This document shows, in pieces, positions 31,674-42,675 of a stretch of 64,000 nt of DNA. The position numbers were made by a program, and so were the translations under genes. The notes below the pieces were generated by a model that was not told the origin of the DNA, searched no databases, and saw nothing but the letters and a program-made list of their open reading frames with translations. The stretch is from an uncultured Chloroflexia bacterium. Lineage in GTDB: Bacteria > Chloroflexota > UBA6077 > JACCZL01. The stretch's first letter is position 1. The number at the start of each line of letters is the position of its first letter. The DNA lies in NCBI GenBank assembly GCA_963765765.1, contig CAVXYC010000014.1, forward strand, positions 96,001 through 160,000, in the 5' to 3' direction.

Positions 31674-32867
31674 ATGATGCTCAAGGCCTTTCCTCATCTG
31701 GCAATAGTCGGAGCGTTGACTATCACCCTTGCTGCATGCCAGCCTCCGATGGCGCCGTCTCCTACCGCCGCGCCCAAGGCGGTGGCGCCAGCCACGACGG
31801 CGCCGGCTAAACCGGACGTCGCAGCTCCCGCGGCCAAATCGGAACCTGCCGCCGCCAAGCCGGCCGAGAGCTCGACTTCGGTCTCGGAGCAGGCGATCAC
31901 GGCCGCCGGGGACAAGTACTACGAAGCGGCGAAGAAGGAAGGCAAGGTCATCATCTATGGCAACAGCCTGACTCCCGAGCTCTTCGACACAACGAAGGCA
32001 ACGTTCGGTAAGCGATTCCCGGGTGTCGAGCTTCAGGGGACCGAGATGGCAGGGCGTGAGGTTCGGGAGAAGATCATCGCCGAGCAGGCCTCAAAGAATT
32101 ACGTCGCGGATATTGCCTTCACGGGTTACACCACCCAGCGGGACCTCACCGAAGCGGGGCTTTTTGAACCCTACGAAACGCCCCAACTGCCACAGCTATT
32201 TCCTCAGTTCGTGGTGCCCGGCGGAGTGGTGAATCCCCGCACGGCCAGTCTTATCAGCGTAACCGTCAACACGAACCTGGTACCGCCGGACCAGGAGCCC
32301 AGGGTGTGGAACGACGTGCTCAATCCGAAGTGGAAGGGCAAATTGGCGGTGCTTGACCCGCGCGGCTCTGGCGAAGGTGGAACTATCATCGCGGGCATGG
32401 AGCTGGTCTACGGCTTCCAATGGCTCGAGAAGCTGAAGGAGCAGGATGTCTTCTTCTCCAAGGCGACCGGACCGATCTGGGCCGGCCTGGCGCGCGGTGA
32501 GTACGCTATGTACCTCACCGCGCGCCACGTGGACGCCATCGTCCAGCGGAAGTCGGGCGCGCCCGTCAAATTCATCAAGCCAAGCGATGGTGTGGGCTGG
32601 ACGTACGCCAGCATGGGTAACATCAAGAACCAGCCGCACCCGAACGCCTCGCGCCTGTTCATGGAATGGACGCTCTCAGAAGAGGGCCAGGCCATTCTCG
32701 GGCAGGATGGCTTTGTGGCCGTGCGTCAGGGCGTGAAGTCGGCGGAGCCAGAGGCGAGCATGGAGGGCATAACGTTGCTCCCGCGTGATGTGACGCCCGA
32801 AGCCATCGAGAAGCTAGGCGATGACGCCGCACGGACCAAGCGCTGGGACGCGCTGTTCTTTAACTAG
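31674..32867 (+). CDS. ABC transporter extracellular solute-binding lipoprotein (Fe3+/thiamine/polyamine-type), no permease adjacent
   Basis: LAAC lipobox, Pro/Ala linker, YEAAKKEGKVIIY, YNTN-like VNTNLV, DVLNPKWKGK, PHPNASRLFMEWTLSEEGQ. Confidence 0.88.
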   Translation: MMLKAFPHLAIVGALTITLAACQPPMAPSPTAAPKAVAPATTAPAKPDVAAPAAKSEPAAAKPAESSTSVSEQAITAAGDKYYEAAKKEGKVIIYGNSLTPELFDTTKATFGKRFPGVELQGTEMAGREVREKIIAEQASKNYVADIAFTGYTTQRDLTEAGLFEPYETPQLPQLFPQFVVPGGVVNPRTASLISVTVNTNLVPPDQEPRVWNDVLNPKWKGKLAVLDPRGSGEGGTIIAGMELVYGFQWLEKLKEQDVFFSKATGPIWAGLARGEYAMYLTARHVDAIVQRKSGAPVKFIKPSDGVGWTYASMGNIKNQPHPNASRLFMEWTLSEEGQAILGQDGFVAVRQGVKSAEPEASMEGITLLPRDVTPEAIEKLGDDAARTKRWDALFFN

Positions 32868-32895
32868 TCGTCACGACGACGGTTGCGCTCATCAC

Positions 32896-32946
32896 CAAAG
32901 CCGAGCTTAGTGGCGTCCTCCTATGGGGCCACTAAGCTCGGCTTTG
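32896..32946. terminator. Long hairpin between convergent genes
   Basis: CAAAGCCGAGCTTAGTGGC...GCCACTAAGCTCGGCTTTG (19-bp perfect stem). Confidence 0.65.
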
Positions 32947-32993
32947 ACGCGTGCGACGATGCAGGCTTCTTGAATCGATTTGCCGCTGGTACG

Positions 32994-34226
32994 CTAGTGC
33001 GCCAGCGCGTCGCGCCTACGCTGGAGAAAAGCCCGCTCAGTGGCGTTTTCTGTAAGGGCGATGGCTGCGTCATATGACTGTGCAGCCTCGGCAGTACGGC
33101 CCAGACGGAGGTAGAGATCGGCGAGTACCGAATGGTAGAGGTAGTACCCACTCAAGTTGAGCGATTCGACGAGCCGCAGCGCGTCCGTCGGGTCGCCCAC
33201 TTCAGCAATGGCCACTGAGCGGTTGAGTGCCACGATCGGATTCGGCGCGAATTCCAGCAACTGATCGTAGAGCGTCACAATCTGTCGCCAGTCCGTGTCG
33301 GCCGCGGTGGGTGCGTCACTGTGTACGGCATTGATGGCCGCCTGGATCTGGTACGGCCCTGGCTGATTCCGTCTCAGGCATCGTCGAACGAGATCCTGGC
33401 CCTCGGCGATCAGCTCGCGGTCCCAGAGTGCTCTGTCCTGATCCCGTAACAACACGAGCTCCCCGGTCGAGGAGACTCGGGCACGTCGTCGAGACTCGAT
33501 GAGCAGCATGAGCGCGAGCAGCCCCATAACTTCTGACTCGTCGGGCATCAATTCATAGAGAAGTCGACCTAGACGAATCGCCTCCAAGCAGACATCGTCT
33601 CGGATGAGCTGGTCCCCTGAGCTTGCGGTATACCCCTCATTGAAAATGAGATAAATGACGCCCAGGACACTCACCAGCCGCCCGGGAAGCTCCGATTCTC
33701 GGGGAACGCGATAGGGAATCCGGGCATCGCGGATCTTGCCCTTGGCCCGAACCAGTCGCTGTGCCATGGTTGTCTCAGCGACAAGAAAAGCTCGAGCGAT
33801 CTCCGACGTCGTGAGCCCACCGAGAAGCTTGAGTGTGAGCGCCACTTGAGCTTCTGTCGCAAGCGCTGGGTGGCAGCAAGTGAAGACCAGCCTGAGTCGG
33901 TCGTCGCGCACGGCTCCCTCCTCGGGAAGGTCTTCATCGCCCAACATCAACGTCGCCTCGATCTGACGCCCGCCTCGCGTAGATTCCCTGCGCAGCCAAT
34001 TGATGGCGCGATTGCGCGCGGTGGTGATGATCCAGCCCGCTGGGCTCCGCGGTAGACCTTCCTCGGGCCAACGTCGCAATGCCACGGTGAAGGCTTCCTG
34101 CACAGATTCCTCGGCGAGATCGATATCGTGAAACGCACTAACGAGTACGGCCACAGAGCGGCCGTACTCTTCGCGAAACACTCGCTCGATCGTCGACGGT
34201 TGGATGGCACCTTCATTAGACATCAC
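32994..34226 (-). CDS. ECF RNA polymerase sigma factor with C-terminal TPR-like extension (COG4941/DUF6596 type)
   Basis: DIDLAEESVQEAF, PAGWIITTARNRAI, DDRLRLVFTCCHPAL, MAQRLVRAK, IYLIFNEGY, GPYQIQAAINAVH. Confidence 0.92.
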   Translation of the reverse strand: MMSNEGAIQPSTIERVFREEYGRSVAVLVSAFHDIDLAEESVQEAFTVALRRWPEEGLPRSPAGWIITTARNRAINWLRRESTRGGRQIEATLMLGDEDLPEEGAVRDDRLRLVFTCCHPALATEAQVALTLKLLGGLTTSEIARAFLVAETTMAQRLVRAKGKIRDARIPYRVPRESELPGRLVSVLGVIYLIFNEGYTASSGDQLIRDDVCLEAIRLGRLLYELMPDESEVMGLLALMLLIESRRRARVSSTGELVLLRDQDRALWDRELIAEGQDLVRRCLRRNQPGPYQIQAAINAVHSDAPTAADTDWRQIVTLYDQLLEFAPNPIVALNRSVAIAEVGDPTDALRLVESLNLSGYYLYHSVLADLYLRLGRTAEAAQSYDAAIALTENATERAFLQRRRDALAH

Positions 34227-34578
34227 TCATGAGAGTCTGACTGAAACGGCGTGACCTGCACGGGAACCGTTGTTGCCAGAGCAGTCTTGCGTGCCCATTC
34301 GAGTGCGTCATCAAGATTGTCAGCCTGAATGATGGACAGGCCGCCGATTTGTTCCTTGCTTTCGCTGAAGGGGCCGTCGGTAACAGGACATCGTCGCCTT
34401 GAGGCCGCACCACCGTGATTGCGTCCGAAAGATGTAGCGCACCGCCAAAGACCCAGGCACCGGCCGCGGTGAGCTCATCATGGAGCGAGTTCACGTTCTT
34501 CATGATCTCTTCCATCTCCGCCGGGCCGGGTTGAGTGGAGTTGGGCGGGTAGATGATCGTGAGAAGGTACTTTGGCAT
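34216..34578 (-). CDS. YciI family protein, frameshifted
   Basis: MPKYLL...AGAWVFGGAL, stitched TDGPFSESKEQIGG. Canonical partner directly upstream of this sigma type. Confidence 0.85.
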   Translation of the reverse strand: MPKYLLTIIYPPNSTQPGPAEMEEIMKNVNSLHDELTAAGAWVFGGALHLSDAITVVRPQGDDVLLPTAPSAKARNKSAACPSFRLTILMTHSNGHARLLWQQRFPCRSRRFSQTLMSDV

Positions 34579-34801
34579 CGGGATTCTTCCTTTCGATTCT
34601 CGTGTGACTGCCTGGCGGAGACGATGTTTCTTCTCCGCACTTCGGCCGCCTTCACTTACTAAACAAATGGGGAGGCGAGAAATCGACAGGATCGCTCGCG
34701 AATCGGAAAACGGTCAGCCCTCCGCTCGTTGCGGACTGCCCGCAGCAGGAGACTTAAATACGAACCCGAGCGTCGGCTTGCCGAGAGGAGACTACGCCCC
34801 G

Positions 34802-35539
34802 CTAGCTCCTATTTGAGTCCACTAACTCTCTGAGGCGGTCCGCCCATTTCCAGGGCTCCACGGTGTCCAGGTGGCGACAGTAGACGTAGCAATCCTTACC
34901 GTTGTCTAGCTGCGCATTCAGGAAGTTGGCCCAGGCTTGAAGCTGCTCATCCTGGTACTCAAGCTTTCGAAGACGAGCGTAGAAAAAGCTGGCGGTGTTG
35001 CGCATCTGGGCGGGTGCTTCATCGGTTTCGGCTGCTATCCAGGCTACACCGCGCTCCCGCAAGAGGTCTTCGACTTCAGCCGTGTTCCAGGACTCGTTCC
35101 GAAATTCAATCGCCCAACGCAAACCAGGGCAAGCTGGCATCGAATCGAGAAAGTTGGCCAGAAGGTCATCGCTGCGGTCCAGATCCGCCGGGATCTGCAG
35201 TGAGACCACGCCGAGTTTGCCAATCGACTCCAGCGGCTCCAACATCGTCAAGAAACGTCTAGCGATCTCAATGGCGTTGCCCGACAACCGCTTGTATTCG
35301 GTAACGCTTCGCACCATCCTGGGCGAGACGGTGAATTCACCCGGCGTCGATGAGATCCATCTGGCTACTGTGGCTTCGGACGGGGCTCGCTGGAAGGTAC
35401 CGATCGACTCCAGCGAGCTCATGCGCGTCGCGTAGTGCTCCAGATAGTCGGCTCGTTTGACTGAAGACGGATAGAAAAGTCCTTCGCCTTGCCAGTCCTT
35501 GTAATCGTAGCCGGATAGTCCGATGTGGAGCGTTGCCAT
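34802..35539 (-). CDS. DUF72 (YecE/YunF) family protein
   Basis: LHIGLSGYDYKDW, FYP, KLGVVSLQIP, WAIEFRNESW, FFYARL. Confidence 0.88.
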   Translation of the reverse strand: MATLHIGLSGYDYKDWQGEGLFYPSSVKRADYLEHYATRMSSLESIGTFQRAPSEATVARWISSTPGEFTVSPRMVRSVTEYKRLSGNAIEIARRFLTMLEPLESIGKLGVVSLQIPADLDRSDDLLANFLDSMPACPGLRWAIEFRNESWNTAEVEDLLRERGVAWIAAETDEAPAQMRNTASFFYARLRKLEYQDEQLQAWANFLNAQLDNGKDCYVYCRHLDTVEPWKWADRLRELVDSNRS

Positions 35540-35648
35540 GGCTGACTTTACACGCGCTCGACTGCCGCTTGCTATCTCCTAATGTTCCTGGCCCACTCCT
35601 CATTCCGGTGACACAGTGCCCCCTTCGGAGATACGAATCGGCGACCGC

Positions 35649-35761
35649 CCCCGTAGCGCGGTGGTCTTGCGCCCCGCGCCGGGAGACCCCGCAGCCCGAA
35701 AGCCGTCATCGCGCGCAGCATTCGTCGGGCGCGCGGGGAACAAGACCACCGCGCTACGGGG
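35649..35761. repeat. GTAG-type REP doublet (REPIN-like inverted pair)
   Basis: CCCCGTAGCGCGGTGGTCTTG / CAAGACCACCGCGCTACGGGG perfect 21-bp inverted repeat. Each unit has GTAG followed by a GCGCGG..CCGCGC hairpin. Confidence 0.7.
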
Positions 35762-35844
35762 ACCGGCTCGTATCCCTTGGCGCCGGTATGCAAAATGGCG
35801 CTCCCTGGGGAGCGCCACGATGCGAGCTTGAAGGGATTTGATGC

Positions 35845-36309
35845 CTAGCTGCCGAAACCCCACAGCTTGCCGGGAATCGGCACGCCGTCAACGTGGTGAT
35901 TTTCGGCAGTGTTGGAGTCAAGATAGGTTCCGTCCTGGCGCACGCGTGTCTCTTGCTGCCTCTGCCCGCCTAGTTTGGCACCCACGCGAAGCAAGAACAG
36001 ATTCGTACCACCGGTGTTGAGGTAGCGGTAATAAGCGCCCTTGGGGATCATGATACCTTCGAATTGCTTGAGCACCTTGCCCTCGCCATGCCGATCAAAG
36101 AACGTTACTTCGCCTTCCATGACGATGAACGCGTGCTCTTCGGCGCTATGCGCGTGGATTGCGTTCTCGCCACCTTCGGCGTTGACCTTCAAGCTCAGCC
36201 AGAGGCAATCTTCTTTGGCCAGGTCAATGTTCACCCGACCTTCCGACAGGTAATTGCCCTTCAGCGCGAAGGTGTAAGTATCTGGAGGAGACTGCACTTC
36301 TGTAGCCAT
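35845..36309 (-). CDS. Cupin domain protein
   Basis: GGENAIHAHSAEEHAFIVMEGEVTF and IMIPKGAYY motifs; AAGGAG RBS. Confidence 0.85.
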   Translation of the reverse strand: MATEVQSPPDTYTFALKGNYLSEGRVNIDLAKEDCLWLSLKVNAEGGENAIHAHSAEEHAFIVMEGEVTFFDRHGEGKVLKQFEGIMIPKGAYYRYLNTGGTNLFLLRVGAKLGGQRQQETRVRQDGTYLDSNTAENHHVDGVPIPGKLWGFGS

Positions 36310-36361
36310 GTTGGCTCCTTTCGAGCTGCTGCAAAGCGGATTTCCGCGGAAATTCGAAGTA

Positions 36362-37477
36362 TCAGGCGAGCACCGGCTCGGGAACGCGGATCTTGTAGAA
36401 CTTGACGGCGTTGTCTCTGACCAGCTTGGAAAGAACTGGGCGGTCAAGGTGCCCCATGTTCTTCACCAGGAATGCACGCGATTCAGGCCATTTTGAATTC
36501 GGGTGAGGGTAATCTGTGGACCACATGCAGGTGTTCTCGCCCCACCATGAGAACAGCTTGCCGCCCACCGGGTCATCGAAGAATGTAGCCGACATCTGCC
36601 GCTCGAAATATTCACTCGGAACCATGCGGATGCTGAGCGGCCGGGCGCCGGAGCCGTCAGGTCGAGTGGAGCCGAAGCGGCGGACGTAGTAGTCCCACTG
36701 CTGTAAGTAGAACGGGATCCAGCCGACCTCGCTCTCGACGACATTGACGTTCAGATTCTGATGGCGCTCCAGGACACCAGTAAAAATGATGTCAAAGAGA
36801 GTGTTGGCTGCGCCGTTAATCTTGTGATTGACCGAGCCGCGATGGGCCTCGATTGGTCCGCCACGATCACGAGCACTGTAATCGAAGCCTGTCAGGATAT
36901 GCAGGTTGACCGGCATCTCCATCGCCTCGGCGGCCGACCAGAATCGCTCGTAGTGATCGGAATTCCATGGCAGATCGGGGTGCGGAACCTGCCAGATCAT
37001 GGCGCCGACGAAGCCAAGCTTCTTACAACGCTCCATCTCCTGAATGGCGTGATCGATGTCATACACAGCGATCGCGGCGATACCAAAGAGTCGCTCGGGC
37101 GATGCCTGGCAATACTCAGCCAGCCAGTCGTTGTAAATTCGGAAGCACGCCTCCTGCATCGCGGCGTCTTCAAGGCTGTAGAGTCGCAGGGCGAGTGTGG
37201 GAAAGAGCACCTCGGCGCTTACGCCGTCTTCCGCCATCTCCTTCACGCGACTGGTGGGGTCCCAACCGCCGGGCCGTGCCGCCTCCATGGTCGCTGCCGA
37301 ATGAGCGGCGCCCTCACGACGGCGGTCGGAAAACACGGGCGCGTTTTCACGCATCGAGGCTGGAAGCCTCGTCTTCCAGAGGTCTCCCGGCTCCGTCACG
37401 TGCGAGTCCGCGGAGATCAGCAGCTCCCGGCTTATGTCTAGAGTATTCCCTGTATCGAGCATGTCCACGATGGCCAT
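36362..37477 (-). CDS. Amidohydrolase family 2 protein
   Basis: ISADSHVTEP, DGVSAEVLFPT, YNDWLAEYC, PVNLHI, ESEVGWIP, MWSTDYPH; AGGAGG RBS. Confidence 0.9.
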   Translation of the reverse strand: MAIVDMLDTGNTLDISRELLISADSHVTEPGDLWKTRLPASMRENAPVFSDRRREGAAHSAATMEAARPGGWDPTSRVKEMAEDGVSAEVLFPTLALRLYSLEDAAMQEACFRIYNDWLAEYCQASPERLFGIAAIAVYDIDHAIQEMERCKKLGFVGAMIWQVPHPDLPWNSDHYERFWSAAEAMEMPVNLHILTGFDYSARDRGGPIEAHRGSVNHKINGAANTLFDIIFTGVLERHQNLNVNVVESEVGWIPFYLQQWDYYVRRFGSTRPDGSGARPLSIRMVPSEYFERQMSATFFDDPVGGKLFSWWGENTCMWSTDYPHPNSKWPESRAFLVKNMGHLDRPVLSKLVRDNAVKFYKIRVPEPVLA

Positions 37478-37608
37478 TAGTCGACCTCCTGCTGCCGAGT
37501 GTACCGCTGACCGGAAAGGCTGGCAACTGGCGAATGGGTCTACCGGGCTCGACGACCGCCAACCGACTAGCGTCGGTTCCGATCGGCAGGTGTTGATTGA
37601 CTTGGGGT

Positions 37609-38547
37609 TCACACGCCTCGAACGTCCGCGAACAGCTCCTCGGCGGTGGGCATGTTGGGGATGATGGATTGCTCGTGACAGGTCTTGACGAGCGCATCGA
37701 TGGAGACGCGGTTCGGCTCGACACCGTAGGGCAAAGGGTCGCCACCAATGACGGTCCCCTGCCAGATCACGCGCTTATCTTCGTCCGTGACGCCGCCAGT
37801 CGCCCGAAGTTGATCCAGATAGCCGTCCTTGGCCGTGGCGAACATACGGAACAGCTCGGCAGCCAGCCACGGGTGCTCTTCAAGAAGGTCGTCTCGCACC
37901 ACGACGATATGAACGATTGGGTTAATCAGCGTTCGGTGGTACCAGGCTTCTTCAGTCTCACGGACGTTCTGCACGAGAGGTTGGACATTGTCAGTGTTAG
38001 GAAGCCCTGCCGCGATCCCGGCATCCAGCTCACCAGCGATGAGCATGTCGTTCAGTTTCTTCCCTGACGGCGCCCGAGTGACCCAGGCCGGTTCGTTGTA
38101 CTCGGCGACGTGCGGGTCCTCGTAGGAGACGTACTGAATAGACTCCAGGTCCACGTCGTACTCGGTCTGTAGTACCACACGCCCCCAAACTCCCGTGGTG
38201 ATGGTCCACGATCCGATACCAGCACGCTTGCCGTGCAAGTCTCTACCAGTCTTGATCCCGGACCCGACGTTGCAGGAGATCACCCCGTGATGGAAGTGAC
38301 GATTAAGGAAGACGGGCAAGGCGGTGATGCGCTTTCCGAACGACCGCGCCACGAGGTAGGTCGTCGGCGACATGTGACAGACGTCGTACGCCAGATCGCG
38401 GACCATCCGCGGAAACGCGTCCTGGATACGTTGTAGCTCGTCGAACTGAAGCGTCAGGCGGCTCGAGGTGATCGAGCCATCCTTTAGAGCGCGCGTCCAT
38501 GGCGCATTCCCAAGGGCCGTGTTGAGCACGAGTGGTGCATTGCTCAT
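37609..38547 (-). CDS. Periplasmic-binding-fold protein, 4,5-dihydroxyphthalate decarboxylase-like
   Basis: TRALKDG, ITALPVFLNRHFHH, TTGVWGR, PIVHIVVVR, DPLPYGVEPNR. Confidence 0.8.
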   Translation of the reverse strand: MSNAPLVLNTALGNAPWTRALKDGSITSSRLTLQFDELQRIQDAFPRMVRDLAYDVCHMSPTTYLVARSFGKRITALPVFLNRHFHHGVISCNVGSGIKTGRDLHGKRAGIGSWTITTGVWGRVVLQTEYDVDLESIQYVSYEDPHVAEYNEPAWVTRAPSGKKLNDMLIAGELDAGIAAGLPNTDNVQPLVQNVRETEEAWYHRTLINPIVHIVVVRDDLLEEHPWLAAELFRMFATAKDGYLDQLRATGGVTDEDKRVIWQGTVIGGDPLPYGVEPNRVSIDALVKTCHEQSIIPNMPTAEELFADVRGV

Positions 38548-38778
38548 GAGATCCGTGCCTCCGTGCCAGACTTGGAGCGCTTTCGCGCAGCTCCGAGGCA
38601 GAGAATACCATCGCGCACCTCACATCTAAGGAGTCAAGCCCTCCCCGCTGCATCCGCTCAGACAACGGCCCTTGTAGTCCGTGTAGCATCAACTCCCAAG
38701 CATGCACGATCCGGCCCCACTCCACGGCGCCTCATTAAGTTCGTCTGTAGGATCGACATCACATCTTGCCGATCACCG

Positions 38779-40536
38779 CTAGTTCGCAGCGCGAAGCGCC
38801 CGTCGAAGTCGATCTGTCCCCTCGAGATCCAACGTCTCATCGGTCTCGTTCAGCACCACGCCATACTCCGAGCGCGCCCTTTCCGCTGAGATGTAGCCAA
38901 GCTGCACGTCTCGCATTACCATTTCAGGGGCACGATCGAGCGCATCACCAAATCCCCCACCTCCGCCACTCTCGATGACGTAGGCATCACCCGGCTGGAG
39001 CTGGACGTTGTAGAGCTTGCCGTTGGGCGGCTGCTCGATGGAGCCGTCGGCCCGCTTGATGAAGATTCGGTTGCCGATCGCCTGTTTGCCACCTTCCAGC
39101 CCCCAGGGCAGGCACTGCGTCCGCTCGATCTGGGAGTTCACTGTCAGCGGCGCCTGGGCTTCAATGGTGCGCGTCAGCCCCAGACCGCCGCGCTGCCGAC
39201 CAGCGCCGCCCGAGTCCTGTCGCAGCGCGTACTCGCGAACGACCATTGGTGATTTCATCTCGCCCGACTCAATGGGCGAGTTGTGCGTATCACCATCGTT
39301 CAGGCAGACGGTCACGTTCATGCCGTCCTCATTGTGCTTGGCGCCCCAGCCACCTCCGCCCGGTCCCACTGGACCAAAGAAGAAGCGCCCCGTACGCGGA
39401 TCAACGCCGTAGCTCGTGGCGATGATGAGATCCGCGTGATGACCCGCGATGGCGCGGTCCGGAATAGCTGGAGCAAGCGCCCTAAATATCGTGTCCACCA
39501 CGGTCATCGGAATCGTCATCCACATACGCATGGCGGCCGGCTTCGTGGCACTGACCACCCTTCCTGGCGGCAGGATGACGTCCACTGGTAGGAATGAGCC
39601 GTGATTGATTGGTAACCAGAGCGGCGAGGTGATGCACTTGAAGGCGACCTCGGCCGCCGAGCGCCCCGCCGTGGCCCCGGAGTTGTAGTAGCCGCCGACT
39701 TGCTCGCTCACGTCGCTCAAGTCGATGGTCATCTTCTCGCCAGCGACCTTCACGGTGACCCTGATCGGGATACGCTTACCGAAGGTAATGCCGTCATCGT
39801 CCATGAACGATTCGGCCTCGTAGACACCGTCCGGAATCGTAGCGACGCTGGCGCGGGCAAGGCGCTCGCTCTGCTCGTAGATCTTCTCAATGCTACCCAG
39901 CACCGTGTCTTTACTGAATCGGCCGAGCAGATCGAGAAAGCGCCGCTCACCCGTCTTTACAGCGGCGACCTGAGCCCTGAAATCGCCCATGGCAAGGCTA
40001 GGGAACCTGACGTTGCTCTTGATGATCTCTGTGAGCTCGGCGTCCTGCTGGCCGCGCTTGAAAACCTTGACGATCGGAAGCTGGAGACCTTCTGAGTAGA
40101 TGTCCCGAGTGGCACCGCCCAGCACGCCGCCCACGTCCTGCCAGTGCGCCATGGACGACGCGTAGGCCACGATCTCTCCCTCCCAGAAGATCGGAAGCGT
40201 GAAGATCATGTGATTTAGGTGACTCCCCATGATGTAGGAGTCGTTGGTGAGCAAGATGTCGCCGGGCTCAATTCCGTCCGGTCCGTAGTGTTTCAACTTA
40301 GCCTTAATGGCGTCCGATAACCCTCGGATGAACATTGGCAGACCGAGCCCGATGGAGATGGTGTTACCGGCAGCATCGAAGAGGCCGACGGTGAAGTCCA
40401 ACGCCTCGTAAATGATCATGTTGTAGGCGGTCCGCATGAGGTTGGTCTTCATCTCATCGGTAATCGCCACAACGGAATTGCGGATGATCTCCGCGGTGAT
40501 GGCGTCGGCGGGAGCCTGATTAGAACGCATACTCAA
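38779..40536 (-). CDS. Hydantoinase B/5-oxoprolinase subunit B family protein
   Basis: EMKTNLMRTAYNMIIYEALDF, PGDILLTNDSY..GSHLN, AHWQDVGG, DSGGAGRQRGGLG, GGGGGFGD. Confidence 0.93.
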   Translation of the reverse strand: MSMRSNQAPADAITAEIIRNSVVAITDEMKTNLMRTAYNMIIYEALDFTVGLFDAAGNTISIGLGLPMFIRGLSDAIKAKLKHYGPDGIEPGDILLTNDSYIMGSHLNHMIFTLPIFWEGEIVAYASSMAHWQDVGGVLGGATRDIYSEGLQLPIVKVFKRGQQDAELTEIIKSNVRFPSLAMGDFRAQVAAVKTGERRFLDLLGRFSKDTVLGSIEKIYEQSERLARASVATIPDGVYEAESFMDDDGITFGKRIPIRVTVKVAGEKMTIDLSDVSEQVGGYYNSGATAGRSAAEVAFKCITSPLWLPINHGSFLPVDVILPPGRVVSATKPAAMRMWMTIPMTVVDTIFRALAPAIPDRAIAGHHADLIIATSYGVDPRTGRFFFGPVGPGGGGWGAKHNEDGMNVTVCLNDGDTHNSPIESGEMKSPMVVREYALRQDSGGAGRQRGGLGLTRTIEAQAPLTVNSQIERTQCLPWGLEGGKQAIGNRIFIKRADGSIEQPPNGKLYNVQLQPGDAYVIESGGGGGFGDALDRAPEMVMRDVQLGYISAERARSEYGVVLNETDETLDLEGTDRLRRALRAAN

Positions 40537-40602
40537 GCAATCCTGCGCGCATCATAGGTGCTGCCAACCCGCGCCACCGGATACCAGCGATCTTGAAGCA
40601 CG

Positions 40603-42656
40603 TCAGCCAAGCTCAATCACCAGGTGGCCGTACTCATTCACTGTCAGGCGATCTCCCGATGCGATGACGGTTGAAGAGGCCGATTCCTCAACCACTGCCG
40701 GTCCTTCAATCACGTTGCCCGAAAGAAGCCGCATGCGATCGAACACTGCACACGTCTCTGGCTGTGCTGAATCCTCAAGATAGATTGAACGATCTGGCCG
40801 ACGAGCAATTGCGGGCGGTGTTGGTGCACCCTGCGCGATGCGTGGCAGAGGCGGTTTCTCAACCTGGCCGATTGCAGAAACTCTCAGGCTGACGATCTCG
40901 GCTGGCTCTTCAGGTGCACTATGGCTATAGCGCACCTCGTGTACTTCATCAAACGCGGCCTTGATACTCTGACGGGCATCGTCTGCATGAAGCGGTGTGC
41001 GCAACGGAACACTCACCGCGTGCTCCTGGCCGATATAGCGCATGTCCGCGGCGCGCTCGAATACCACTCGAGCAGGAGCAGTACCGGCGCTCTCTAGGGC
41101 GGCGGCTCCTTCGGTTTCAAGCTGACGGTACAGATCATCCAGCTCAGGCAGCGACACCTCAGCGAGCCGCTGCAGCCGCGTCAGCACGTAGTCGCGCCGA
41201 ACGTCCGCCTGCAGCATGCCGAACGCGGAAAAGTGAGCTGGGGACGTGGGAACAACGACGCGCCGAATAGAAAGCTCCCGCGCCACAGCAACCGCATGCG
41301 GAGGACCACCGCCGCCGTATGCGATCAGCGTGAAGTCACGCGGATCGAGGCCCCGCTCAGTCGTGACAGCCCGCACCGCGTTGGCCATGGACGAGACCGC
41401 GATAGCCAGAATTCCATCAGCCGCGCGGATCACGCTCAGATCGAGAGGCGATGCGATTTCGCGCTCAATCGCTTCCGCCGCGGCGGATACATTTAGCCGC
41501 ATCTCGCCGCCCAGAAAGTGCTCGGCAGAAATACGATTCAGCACTACGTCGGCATCGGTCACGGTGGGGCGAATGCCGCCACGGCCATATGACACTGGTC
41601 CCGGCTCAGCGCCGGAGCTCTTCCGGCCCAACGTGCAGCGCGCCGCCCTGATCGATCCAGGCAATGCTACCGCCGCCCATGCCCACTTCCTTGATGTCCA
41701 GCACGGGGATTCGAATCGCAAGTCCTTCGTTGTATCCACCAACGAAGTAGTCAGCAGAAAGCTCTGGCGCGCCCCGACGTACCACGCACGCCTTGGCAGT
41801 GGTGCCGCCCATGTCGAAGCAGATTGCGTTGTCCAGGTCCAGCGCTTCACAGAGCGCAATGGAGCCGACGACGCCGCCAGCGGGCCCCGACTCCATCATC
41901 TGGACACATTGCTCTCGCGCGGTCTGCAGATCGCACAATCCACCGCTGGATTGCATGATCATCAGGCTGCCGCGAAATTGATCGTCCCGCAGCCGACTGC
42001 TCGAGATTACCTAGATAGCTGCTGACCCTCGGACCAACATACGCATTGGCCGAAACAGTGGACGTACGCTCGTACTCGCGGTACTCACGCGAAAGCTCGT
42101 GCGAGGCTGTTACGAACATGTCCGGTGCAACATCAAGGATGATCTCTTTCATCTGCATCTCATGCTCAGGTGACCGATACGAATGCAGAAAGAGAATCGC
42201 CACCGATTCGACGTCGAGCTCTTTCAAGCGTAGTGCGACTCGCCGTGCCTCGGCCTGGTCCAAGGGACGCTCTACCGAACCATCGGCGAGCACTCGCTCT
42301 GGGACTTCGAAGATGAGATCCCGCGGCACGAGGGGTCGATGCTTTCGAAAAAAGAGATTGAACGACTCAGGGCGATTGATCCGGCCAATCTCGTAGACGT
42401 CGCGGAATCCTTCCGTTGTCACCAGCGCGGTACGCGCTCCTTTGCGCTCGAGTAACGCATTGATGACAACTGTCGAACCATGGACGATGGACCCGACCTC
42501 GGCAACGTTCACCGCCGCGCCCTGTATGGCGGACATGATTCCATCCACGAGGTTGGACGGAGTGCTCAGCGCCTTGCCAAGTGTTACCGAGCCGTTGGTC
42601 TCGTCGAAGGCAGAGACGTCCGTAAACGTTCCGCCAATGTCAACCGCTAATCTCAT
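40603..42656 (-). CDS. Hydantoinase A/5-oxoprolinase subunit A family protein, frameshifted
   Basis: MRLAVDIGGTFTD, HGSTVVINALLERKG, EYERTST, ESGPAGGV, DMGGTT, PTVTDAD, DMRYIGQEH. Confidence 0.93.
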
Positions 42657-42675
42657 TCCAAAGTAAACTTGAAGG